From Tubiluchus corallicola (Eukaryota; Animalia; Priapulida): a DNA stretch of 64,000 nt. Below are positions 53,070 to 64,000 of the stretch, piece by piece (position 1 is the stretch's first letter; every line of letters begins with the position of its first letter). Below the pieces are notes generated by a model that saw only the letters and a program-made list of their open reading frames with translations, made no database searches and was not told where the DNA came from. The stretch spans positions 558,001-622,000 of the forward strand of contig JAQGDQ010000062.1 in assembly GCA_030141605.1 (NCBI GenBank). Direction: 5' to 3'. Position numbers and translations under genes: made by a program.

Positions 53070-56000
53070 CTAAAAACAACCAACAATGCATGCTTACATA
53101 AATATACGGTCACAACAAGCACGACTGTGTTCACATAGTCGTGTGTAGATACTTAAGAGTACCTAACACGTTTTCCTGAATGATCTAATGCTTTGATTCA
53201 AGGTTTAGTCAGTACTCTCATTGCTGACTTTGAGTCAGAGTTTTGAAGAATGGTTGCAAACTTCAGTTCGACATTTATTATTCCTATAAAGTTCTATATA
53301 AACCACAAGGCAAAAAATTGCATTTTTAGATTCATTTAAGAAATCTCCTAAGGACGCCGTAGCCCTTCCTATAGTTCTTCCTTCTTCTACAAGAACACTA
53401 CTAAAGCACGGAAGTAATAATGTTAATAGCACCAATCGCAACAACTAATAAAAGATATAAAAATGAAGTTCAACGTAAGTGGGCTTGACCTATTTTCTGG
53501 TAAAAAATACAAAGATATGTTCAAAGTCGTATGCTGAAAAGTTGTTCTTATATTTTGTCCAGTCTCTTTATTTGGGATTTTTGTTGATGAGAGAAAACAA
53601 AGCCTCACTCGAAACAATTGTGGCACAAGGCCATTCATGATAAACACATTTGTTTTAAACTCTAGCAATCATTAAAACATATTTTAATCAGCGATCACTT
53701 ACCTTAAAATAAATTAGCAAAGCAGAACATAATAGTAGCGTGGCTATTTTTGCAATGCGCTATGTGCATGCTGGATCTCCTGCGGTATATCTGTGATAAT
53801 ATTATAAGCAAGTAATTAAGCGTGCAGGCTTAAGGTGCAGCATGTCAAACTAATAATAGTAATTAAGATTTTGCAATTCTTGACATGTATACAATTATTT
53901 GTTTATTTATTACTTACTGTAAGTAAACGTTTCGCTTAATAACTCCTTAGGCTTGCAAGCTAAGGTCACGAAACTCACGTAACCTGGGCACTGATGAGGA
54001 CAGCAGTGCAGTGACCTTCGACCTCTGGTCAATGGTCAACGGGCGTAAGTGCGGTGACCTTTGACCTCTGGTTTGACTTTCTGATTTTTTTCCTTTTTTC
54101 ACAAGAATTCACAAGAAATCTGGGTCTAGCAAAGTTCCGAGATAGGGGCCAAAATGCAAAATCGGGGGTATCCAATTTCGGTGACCCTTTGTCCCTAGAC
54201 GCAGGTGACTATAGACATAAAACTTACAGGGTACACTCCGTGGGTAAAGAGAACTATGTTTATATGCGGCCCGAGAATGCAAGGTGAAACGTCATGGAGT
54301 CAGCGGGTCTTCATTTGTCTTTCGCTGTCTACTCCTATACAATTCGCTGTCTACTCCTATACAATTCGCTGTCTACTCCTATACAATTCGCTGTCTACTC
54401 CTATACAATTCGCTGTCTACTCCTATACAATTCGCTGTCTACTCCTATACAATTCGCTGTCTACTCCTATACAATTCGCTGTCTACTCCTATACAATTCG
54501 CTGTCTACTCCTATACAATTCGCTGTCTACTCCTATACAATACGCTGTCTACTCCTATACAATTCGCTGTCTACTCCTATACAATACGCTGTCTACTCCT
54601 ATACAATTCGCTGTCTACTCCTATACAATTCGCTGTCTACTCCTATACAATTCGCTGTCTACTCCTATACAATACGCTGTCTACTCCTATACAATTCGCT
54701 GTCTACTCCTATACAATACGCTGTCTACTCCTATACAATTCGCTGTCTACTCCTATACAATTCGCTGTCTACTCCTATACAATTCGCTGTCTACTCCTAT
54801 ACAATTCGCTGTCTACTCCTATACAATTCGCTGTCTACTCCTATACAATTCGCTGTCTACTCCTATACAATTCGCTGTCTACTCCTATACAATTCGCTGT
54901 CTACTCCTATACAATTCGCTGTCTACTCCTATACAATTCGCTGTCTACTCCTATACAATTCGCTGTCTACTCCTATACAATTCGCTGTCTACTCCTATAC
55001 AATACGCTGTCTACTCCTATACAATACGCTGTCTACTCCTATACAATACGCTGTCTACTCCTATACAATATACAATTCGCTGTCTACTCCTATACAATCG
55101 CTGTCTACTCCTATACAATTCGCTGTCTACTCCTATACAATTCGCTGTCTACTCCTATACAATTCGCTGTCTACTCCTATACAATTCGCTGTCTACTCTA
55201 TACAATTCGCTGTCTACTCCATACAATACGCTGTCTACTCCTATACAATTCGCTGTCTACTCCTATACAAACGCTGTCTACTCCTATACAATTCGCTGTC
55301 TACTCCTATACAATTCGCTGTCTACTCCTATACAATTCGCTGTCTACTCCTATACAATTCGCTGTCTACTCCTATACAATTCGCTGTCTACTCCTATACA
55401 ATTCGCTGTCTACTCCTATACAATTCGCTGTCTACTCCTATACAATACGCTGTCTACTCCTATACAATTCGCTGTCTACTCCTATACAATTCGCTGTCTA
55501 CTCCTATACAATTCGCTGTCTACTCCTATACAATACGCTGTCTACTCCTATACAATTCGCTGTCTACTCCTATACAATTCGCTGTCTACTCCTATACAAT
55601 TCGCTGTCTACTCCTATACAATTCGCTGTCTACTCCTATACAATACGCTGTCTACTCCTATACAATACGCTGTCTACTCCTATACAATACGCTGTCTACT
55701 CCTATACAATACGCTGTCTACTCCTATACAATTCGCTGTCTACTCCTATACAATACGCTGTCTACTCCTATACAATTCGCTGTCTACTCCTATACAATTC
55801 GCTGTCTACTCCTATACAATTCGCTGTCTACTCCTATACAATACGCCATTGTTTGACATCTGGTCTTTCCATCAGGGACAAAATAAGGGTCGGGAAGACC
55901 AGTGCTTCCAGCATCGAGCGAAACTAGCTTGTAGTGAATTGGAATGAGATTGGTTGATCTTTGATTCGTGGGTCACAGGTCAAGAATATACAAATTGCAA

Positions 56001-59000
56001 TTTCATTATGAAGTGCAATTCCTAAGTAATTAAGCAATGCGAATTCAGTAAAATCAAAATTATGACATTAAAACAAAAGGCCGACGTTATTTCGATGTCT
56101 AATTCTGTAATTATTATTTCGAACATCTTTAATTTCTGACCACGTCAAAAACATTGTCTACTAGTTTTTATCTGTACTCAATGACTTTTTCTTTTTTTTC
56201 AAAGTTACTTTTGAAAACAGAATTTATACTAAAATGGGAAAAAATTAACGAGTTGAGAATAAATCTGACATAGGTGTTTATTTGCAAACCGTGTACATCT
56301 TAATGCCCTGCATCAGCTTAAGGAGTGAATTTTGGAGCGACGACCCTGTTGTATGTCTACATCAAGGCTATTAGATTGTGAACAAAAGCATTTTAAAATG
56401 GGCAGTCGTATTAGTTAAATTCGTAATCATTGTCTCTATTTTCTGTTTCGCTTGGATCTTGTCATTCTGGTGAAAGAAATAGAAATTATCAATTGAAATT
56501 TAGCAAGCAATCTAAAACCATCAGATAAAGAACGTACAAGTTAAATAAGCAAAGGAAATTTAGCAAACAATTTAAAAGCAACAGGTAAAAATACACAAGC
56601 CAAACGACTGCAAGGGAAATTTAGCAAACAATTTAAAAGCAGCAGGTAAAAATACACAAGCTAAACGACTGCAAGGGAAATTTAGCAAACAATTTAAAAG
56701 CAACAGGTAAAAATACACAAGCCAAACGACTTCAACGGAAATTTAGCAAACAATTTAAAAGCAACAGGTAAAAATACACAAGCTAAACGACTGCAAGGGA
56801 AATTTAGCAAACAATTTAAAAGCAACAGGTAAAAATACACAAGCTAAACGACTGCAAGGGAAATTTAGCAAACAATTTAAAAGCAACAGGTAAAAATACA
56901 CAAGCTAAACGACTGCAAGGGAAATTTAGCAAACAATTTAAAAGCAACAGGTAAAAATACACAAGCTAAACGACTGCAAGGGAAATTTAGCAAACAATTT
57001 AAAAGCAACAGGTAAAAATACACAAGCTAAACGACTGCAAGGGAAATTTAGCAAACAATTTAAAAGCAACAGGTAAAAATACACAAGCTAAACGACTGCA
57101 AGGGAAATTTAGCAAACAATTTAAAAGCAACAGGTAAAAATACACAAGCTAAACGACTGCAAGGGAAATTTAGCAAACAATTTAAAAGCAACAGGTAAAA
57201 ATACACAAGCTAAACGACTGCAAGGGAAATTTAGCAAACAATTTAAAAGCAACAGGTAAAAATACACAAGCTAAACGACTTCAACGGAAATTTAGCAACA
57301 ATTTAAAAGCAACAGGTAAAAATACACAAGCTAATCAAGCAATTTAGCAAAATAAAAACAAAACAAGTTCAGGTCCAAATTAAAAAAATGCAGTACCCAG
57401 CATAACAAAACAGCAAATTTAAAATTATTTAAAAGTAAATTTATGCCTATAAATTTTTAAATAAAATAACAACAAATGTGATGTTAGTCCTTTGTTAAGT
57501 TTTTACATTATGTAACCTCAATAAAATCTCCGTGTTTAAGAAAACTAAAGTTGACTGAATAGTGATGATTGGTTGAATAAATAGGTCGTTGCTTTATTAC
57601 AGTAAATTAAATATAGTGCTTCAAAAATGATTAATTATGTTCTCACGCTTTTAAATACATTGAAGTTTTAATTGCTACATTTTTACCTACCACACAATAT
57701 GAGTTCTGCCCTTAATTTGTGCCCCATATTCAAGCGAAGCAGCTATTACAAACAAAAACTACAAAATAAATAAATAAAGGCCATTTGTAAGCATTGGTTG
57801 TTTATAAAGTTGCTGTTAAGCATATAAGTCATGCATGTGCATGTGAATAAGCTAAGCAAAATTTCTTTTGAAGAAAAAATATAAAATATTAGGCCATTTA
57901 TGAATTTTTAGAAGACGTGAGAACAAATTTTGTCAGAAAGGTTTCAGACAAAATTTAAAATGATCGGGTCTGTATTTAGAACCAAAGTTTGGTGGTACGT
58001 ATATCACACTCTAAGGCTTTAATCAGAATTTTTTTATTGGGCGTAATCAGCAATTTTGACGGGGTACAAGTAAAGAGTAATCTCTACTTCTGACATTTAA
58101 AAGTGCCTAATTTTTGTAACGCCCTTTCACGTGGCGTTAAAACACTTTTAAATGTGACGATTCACACTTCACAGAGATTTAAGTAATTCGGGATTTTTTG
58201 TGTAAGGCCCCAGACAAGTGACCTACCCATGCTTAAATGGGCTGTGTCCATGCACACTATTTCACCATGTTAACGTTGCATTAAATTCAGCGTGAAAATG
58301 GCGAGTTACAGAATACGTACGTTGTTTAAAGTTCTACCTAAATTAGTAACCTTGATGTGGCGCTTCAAAATTATGTTTTACTATTTATGGACATGACGGC
58401 CCATAAGTCCCACCAGGACATTGACAAGCGTATGATCTGGGACTTTTCAGGTCAGTGTAACACGTACCACCTGAACCACAAGGATTCGAGTCACAAATTC
58501 TTAAACATCTCCTTCGGATAAATCTTTTGTCATCAGGCCACTCCGCCAGTTCATCTACCCAGGGATTATAATGTTTGTGAAGTATATTGGGACGATATGC
58601 CCAGAAATATTCCTTATAATCGGCGTTTTCGACGAGATGTCTAGGAAGAAAGTCAGCCGGTTTGTGTGTATAAATCAACTCCCGATCAAATGATGGGTAT
58701 CGACCAGGTTCACAGATACACCGACGCTCCCCGTCATACGGATCCCGCTGACAAACGGCAAAGCGAACTTCACATTGTTGCTGCGCCAAACAACGATCTC
58801 TAGGTTTCTCATCTGAGGAATGTACATATGTTATTTAATTCCATTTATCATTGGCATGAGCATCTGACACACAAAAGGCGTTTAGAAAATATAAAAACAT
58901 TGTGTAGATTATCCCAGGAGAAAAAGGATTAAAGGAAGGAATCTGAAATCTTACATGCTGAGAAAATGAACATAACAAAAAGAGGTGTCGAAAGATTGTG

Positions 59001-62000
59001 TAAAGTATAGTTCAACGATTAATTAACATTAATTAATATGAAACCCAAGCCAATGGTTAACTTAATATAGTACAGTGAGGTAAAATCAAACTGGTATATC
59101 GATACTCCCTGTTGGCCAAGGACTAAAAAAGTGATTCAAAAAACAGGGACAGGGAATATAGAACTATAAATTTGATAAAAAAGAATTAGATGAAATAATG
59201 ATTATGATTTATGCAATAAAAAACGGCAATAAAAGCGAGCATAAAGTGCAAGGAAAACAGTTGATTAAGTGCACCGAAGACAGCCAATGAATAGCAGAGC
59301 CGACAGGCAATAATACAATTTAATTTTATCAGATAATATATTTATCTAGCATTACAAAAACTGCAGTATAATTATTTCTTTAACTAATTTCATTAATCTT
59401 ATTATTTATTTTCTTATTTAGGTATTTAAGTAATTGTTTGGAAAGTCATGTCTTTTAGATGATTTGGAAAACCATAATCCGTATCATGTTATTATGGTAC
59501 AAGCCGTAAAAGAAAGACTAAAGGAACCACGGTAAAATGGATCATTCTTATCTACTTACCGTCTAATCTATTCCACACACTGATCAAATCTTGACAGACT
59601 TCTGACGGATATTTTTTCCTGAAATCCTTTTCCAGGTCTTTCAGTTCTGTGTAATTTAACATCACTCTTGGGTAGCCATAGTGATGATGTTCCTTGGACA
59701 TTTGCATCGCCATTTCTTTCATACTGAGCATGCGGTGATGGTATCCGCCTCTACCAGATGGCTGTGGTTGGTGAATTGGTTGAGACGGAACCGTGTGCAT
59801 TTTTGCTATTCCAGGAACTGGCATGGCTACTCTTGCTGCCCTCTTCCTTCGCCGCCCGTAACTGGTCGACGGAGACGGTACATTGGGCGTTGTGGAGTTC
59901 TTAGAATATGGATTGTAGAACTGTCCATCAGGAGCTGACTTCTGTACCATATTCTGCATGTTCATGTAGGTCTGTAAGTACTTCTTGTAAGGATGCATCG
60001 TTGTCGTTGTCGTAGTCGGTGCCATAGTTACATGATGTTGATAGGGCTTATACATCATTGTGGTCATTGTCATTGGTTGATGCGCATATGGGTTATAAGT
60101 ATTTGGTTTTATTGTGGACATCATAACTGCACCGTAGCCCGTGTGTCGCATCATCATGTTCATTTTTGCCATTTCTTTCATCTTCATGGCTTCCTTTACC
60201 TTTTCTTCTTTCTCTTTTTTAAGAGCTTCTATCACAGCCTTCTGTTTGTCCTCTATTTTCTTTCTAATAAGATTCCTGCAAATTTGAGCCAAATTTACTA
60301 AAACAAAATTAATCATTTGCAAAAGAATTTGTATCACCCAGTGGCATGCAGTCCACGCAAGCAACGCATGCACGGTATGCCTTCTAATATCCAAAAAATA
60401 ATTACGATGTAAAAAGCACTTGTAAATATTTCTAATAATTAACTATTATCGCTAATATTTATTAACATTTTATGCTCGTAATGTATTGTAACGTCAGTAG
60501 GCTTTCGATCTGAGCCTGTCTGAGACAACGTTGATTATTTGTGGATACAAAGGTTATAAGGTTTATTAAAAACTTCTTCAGGTCGATATCAGTTTATTAT
60601 GAACTTCCGAGTCAATTCCTAATGTTATTATGTTAGCTTTGTCAATGGAGCACTTTGTAAATGAGAATGATAAGAAGTACTAATGTGGTTCAGAGTTAGC
60701 GAGTTTAGAACACATTTTTTTTCAAGTGCTCTCTCTACGAAATAGAAAGAAGAATGGTTTCGTGGGAACTGGGATGAAGTTTCTGATGACGAACGAATGG
60801 ATTTTATTTCAAAACATTGATAAAAGTAAAAGATTACTCTGTGACATAATGACAAAACGTTACAAATTTGTGTGAGCTAAGAATGTTTTTTCTTTTTTCA
60901 GCCAAGTAGCAGTTTTTGACTGCTCACCTTGATACAAAAAGATTTGAGGCCCGGAACTGAACTGAACACTAACGCAGCTCAAGTATTTCAAAAGTAGTTC
61001 CCCAGAAATTAGCTGTCTTACCTTCTTTCTTCGTGCACATCTTCTGCAATATCATGTCTGTCATCAGAACGAATTCGACAATACACGTTCACTTTCCGCA
61101 CGAACTTTTCACCAAACTCGTAGGGAACCTCCCCATGCTCCAATGTTTGTTCTACAATTAGTAGGTTACTGTATTCCCAAACCGTCTCGTATTCATACCT
61201 ATCAAGCTACAAACCCAAAAACATTCATCAGCAAATTTAAGAATAAGTTATATGATGTTTGTATTTTGAAATTTTATTACCAATTTACTGCACAAGGTTT
61301 ATCCTTACTCATCTAGGTAGATAGCAGTTAAAAGTAGTTCGTCGATCTTATTGGAACTACTAGTCACGCACGACAAAAATGACAACAACAAAAGCTGACA
61401 CGTGACAAAGCGACTGCTATGTATTTGTCTGATCTGGTCTTTGGATAACGATCCGAATAATTATTCTGAGCTCGCACACAGGAACAGGACGAGTTTGAGG
61501 TAGAACAATCAGACATGTTTAATGAAAATCTGTGTGCGACGAAGTTGGCAAAAAAGCATTTATCAAGCGCACATTGGCAAAAATGAAAAATTTGTCACAT
61601 GTAGGTTATTACAGAAAGATTTTGCCTCGTGTCGGTTAGCCGATTGGCTGTTGATTAATGGCTTGTGCCTGGCAAACTATTTTGCTAGTGTTTAATTTGG
61701 TTAATACAAACTAGTCAGTCAGTCAGTCCATTGACGATTGTCGATTGACTTTGCTTGTTCATTAGCTTGCTTGGATGGATGACTGTTTACTTAGTTGGTT
61801 ACTGCTCAGTAGATTACCCGCATTACGTACTTTGTGATAAGTTTCTTGAGTTCCACAAGCAAAGTACGGCACTAGCGCCACACCTCGGTCGATACCGCTA
61901 AATTCCCACATGCAGCGTTCATCGTCTGGTGCATACGCTGAGTAGACTTTCCCATCAAAGTCATCATCAAAATAAAAATCGACAAACATGCCACCACAGT

Positions 62001-63936
62001 CTTTTACACATGTTGTGGTTATGTCTGAAATATTAAAATAAAATAAGTTGAAAGGGCTAACGCAAAGTTGCTTTTGTTATTTTTGTGTGTTTCTAGACCA
62101 AAGTTCTTTTCAGCAGAATTAACGTATGGTCCATCATGAACTTTCAAAATTTTTAGCTTGGTTTAACCATTAACATTTTACAAACCATTTATTAACACAT
62201 TGTAGCAGTGCAATACCGCGCACTTTACAAAAACTAACATCCCCTTAAAAGCAATTTGTGACAACATTTAAAGAAGTTGTGATTACTTACTATAATTCTT
62301 TTGTAAATTTAATTACCTGACGCTGACTGCTACTGTGTAGTAGAAACGTTCGTTTGTTATCGTGGGATGTTTAACAAAGTAAATAATATTTAGCAACGCT
62401 TACTTTCGATTACACGTATTCCTATGTTATTATGTACAATATCATATACTTCGGCTAAACCCTCCACGCCGTTAATGTTGTATTCTCCAGTCACGTGACC
62501 AGGACGTCTGCAAGTAAGGATAGCACCTGGCTTCAATCACTGTTTTTATAATGTTTACAAAAATGCATAGGAAACAAGGAATTGACGATTAGATAAAAAA
62601 AAACGTACCAAGCAAAACCTAAACTAGCCTATAAAAGAGTACGCACATTAAAAGACACCATACTTACGGCAACTAGCCTAATTGAAGGAGGCACACATAC
62701 ATGCAATAAAAATCTATTAAAATGAGTTCATATCAAAGAAAATTTTTATTTGGCAACGCGATCTGGAAGCTTGCAATTCTACCGACATATAAACCACACG
62801 CATCTATTAAAGGCTGATCCTTCATTCTATCGTTGGATATATAAGAAACTGATTATAACAATATTGGTTTAGCGGTATTTTCTCACCTCAAGAACTGGCT
62901 TCGACTCTGCAAAACACAAAAAGCACAAGTGAATTAAAAACTTATAAAATTCAATTCAGTTTACTTAAGTTTAACTTGAGTACACCTAACAGTGATTTTT
63001 CTATCAGAATTGTGTAGAAACAGTGGAAAGTTCGAGTAGTCGCGTTATGCTTAGTTAACGTGGTGCAACAATAATAATGTGCATGAGAAAAAAGAGAAAG
63101 AAAGAATAATAAGAATAACAAGACGGAAAAGTCGAAAACATGAACAAAAAAGTGAAAAGAAAAGGGAATGAAAACAGAAAAAGGAAATGTAGAAAAAAGA
63201 AGAACAACATTACTCTACGCAGGCAATCGTTTTAGATATATGTAATGAAATTACAATTAAAGCATCTATGGGAATAACATTAAGGTATTTTCCTGATTAA
63301 AAACGTAAAGTATCAGCTTATGTTTTAACGAAAAAAAAATTAATCAAATGCACGTTATCCTTTAGTTTAAATAATTTACTGACTCAGACTCAGTGGAATG
63401 AGTTAACAACACGACAATGAGAAATCGGAGTCTTCATGATTTACTTCATCCATGGACTCATTAGATTGTGAAAGGTTTGACTACATAAAAACCTCTGCTT
63501 TGATTATTATTTCTTTAGCTGATTTACAAGAAATAATAGAAAAACAAAGCTTCACAAATAAACTAGAGAAACTGTGTAATAATTTTGACCGAGTAAGTAC
63601 AGCAATGAATATATCCCTAGAAAGTCCTACAAAAACTTGTTCAGACAAACAAAAAACAGCATAAATCAGGAATCAAACTTACACAAGTAAATAAATGAGA
63701 ACGAACTTAACTACAAGGGTGATTTTGCTGCACCAGTTACATGGAAATGTCCAATTGGATGCTGTGAACAACTGCGAAACAAAATTTCATCAGAGTTGCA
63801 AGGATGCAGCAGTACACAGCATCAGAAACATCGTGAAACATGCAGGTTTTAATAAAATTTTAATTAATGAAAAAACCAATAGACATACAAGTGTGATTAA
63901 TACTGCAGTGAGGTGAATCAGTAATAACAATTTCAT
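52642..63936 (-). CDS. Gene B: paralog of gene A, ~564 aa. Coding exons 63936-63889, 62906-62887, 62507-62404, 62024-61831, 61206-61022, 60275-59560, then terminal exon 58812-58385 or 53069-52642
   Basis: GT-AG introns, same phases as gene A; summed CDS is 1695 nt with either last exon; signal peptide MKLLLLIHLTAVLITL-SRS; its 5' UTR exon lies beyond the window (acceptor at 63973-63975). Confidence 0.9.
53910..55932 (-). mobile_element. Helentron-derived non-autonomous (HINE/DINE-1-like) element carrying a satellite array
   Basis: Subterminal inverted repeat GTTTCGCT (53929-36) / AGCGAAAC (55917-24), terminal palindrome TTACTTAC-T-GTAAGTAA (53910-26), GTGACCTTTGACC motifs, internal tandem array. 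Confidence 0.6.
54321..55845. repeat. 22-bp tandem satellite (CGCTGTCTACTCCTATACAATT), ~69 copies
   Basis: Read directly; T/A variant at one position. Confidence 0.98.
56555..57333. repeat. 61-bp tandem repeat, ~13 copies
   Basis: Unit GAAATTTAGCAAACAATTTAAAAGCAACAGGTAAAAATACACAAGCTAAACGACTGCAAGG; degenerate copy at ~56495. Confidence 0.97.
58385..58812 (-). CDS. Gene B proximal terminal double-EGF exon
   Basis: Phase-1 acceptor ttcctcag, 12 Cys, stop TAA. Confidence 0.85.
59560..60275 (-). CDS. Gene B exon 6, Lys/Met/His/Thr-rich region with YGRRRKR site
   Basis: Within ORF 59552-60394; acceptor tgcag, donor gtaagt phase 1. Confidence 0.9.
61022..61206 (-). CDS. Gene B exon 5, ZP-N-like second half
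   Basis: LDRYEYETVWEYSNLLIVEQTLEHGEVPYEFGEKFVRKVNVYCRIRSDDRHD. Confidence 0.88.
61831..62024 (-). CDS. Gene B exon 4, ZP-N-like first half
   Basis: NITTTCVKDCGGMFVDFYFDDDFDGKVY..ERC..FACGTQETYHK, donor gtacgt. Confidence 0.88.
62404..62507 (-). CDS. Gene B exon 3
   Basis: RPGHVTGEYNINGVEGLAEVYDIVHNNIGIRVIE, 104 nt. Confidence 0.88.
62887..62906 (-). CDS. Gene B 20-nt micro-exon (SRSQFLR)
   Basis: ttttgcag|AGTCGAAGCCAGTTCTTGAG|gtgaga. Confidence 0.85.
63889..63936 (-). CDS. Gene B coding exon 1, signal peptide
   Basis: ATG at 63936, 16 codons, donor gtatgt. Confidence 0.85.
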
Positions 63937-64000
63937 TTTGTTTGGCTTTTCTTCGCTTGTGTAAGCAAGAATCTGTAAGAAAAACAAATATAATCATTAC

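Noticed and set aside
53235-53444. Signal-peptide-like ORF that could start a separate gene for the 53069 EGF exon
   Set aside because: Starts at TTG rather than ATG, and I found no convincing phase-1 donor
53985-54025. CTGATGAG hammerhead-like start
   Set aside because: No matching GAAA or stem II closure
54205-55947. Three overlapping 520-580 aa ORFs; superficial CRISPR-like regularity
   Set aside because: Pure 22-bp tandem repeat with no spacers and no cas genes, in eukaryotic DNA; the ORFs are artefacts of a stop-free unit

Overview
AT-rich, intron-containing animal (invertebrate-type) genomic DNA; the species cannot be determined from the sequence. I assembled by hand two tandem paralogous minus-strand genes (gene B 63936->52642, gene A 25401->2445) with identical exon/phase structure. 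Both encode a secreted protein: signal peptide, a stand-alone ZP-N/cuticlin-like domain, a Lys/Met-rich then His/Thr/Pro/Met-rich low-complexity region, a YG-RRxKR convertase site, a His/Met-rich linker, and a two-EGF module whose first EGF carries a ~60-aa insert. Each gene is followed by TWO intact, phase-compatible copies of the stop-containing EGF exon, suggesting alternative last-exon switching of the C-terminal module. The rest is repetitive: a near-intact RTE-clade LINE with TSD and one nonsense codon, hAT MITEs, Harbinger, Tc1/mariner and LINE relics, a Helentron-like element carrying a 22-bp satellite, a 61-bp satellite, foldback palindromes and long (AGT)n tracts. Domain and family names come from motif recognition, not database searches.
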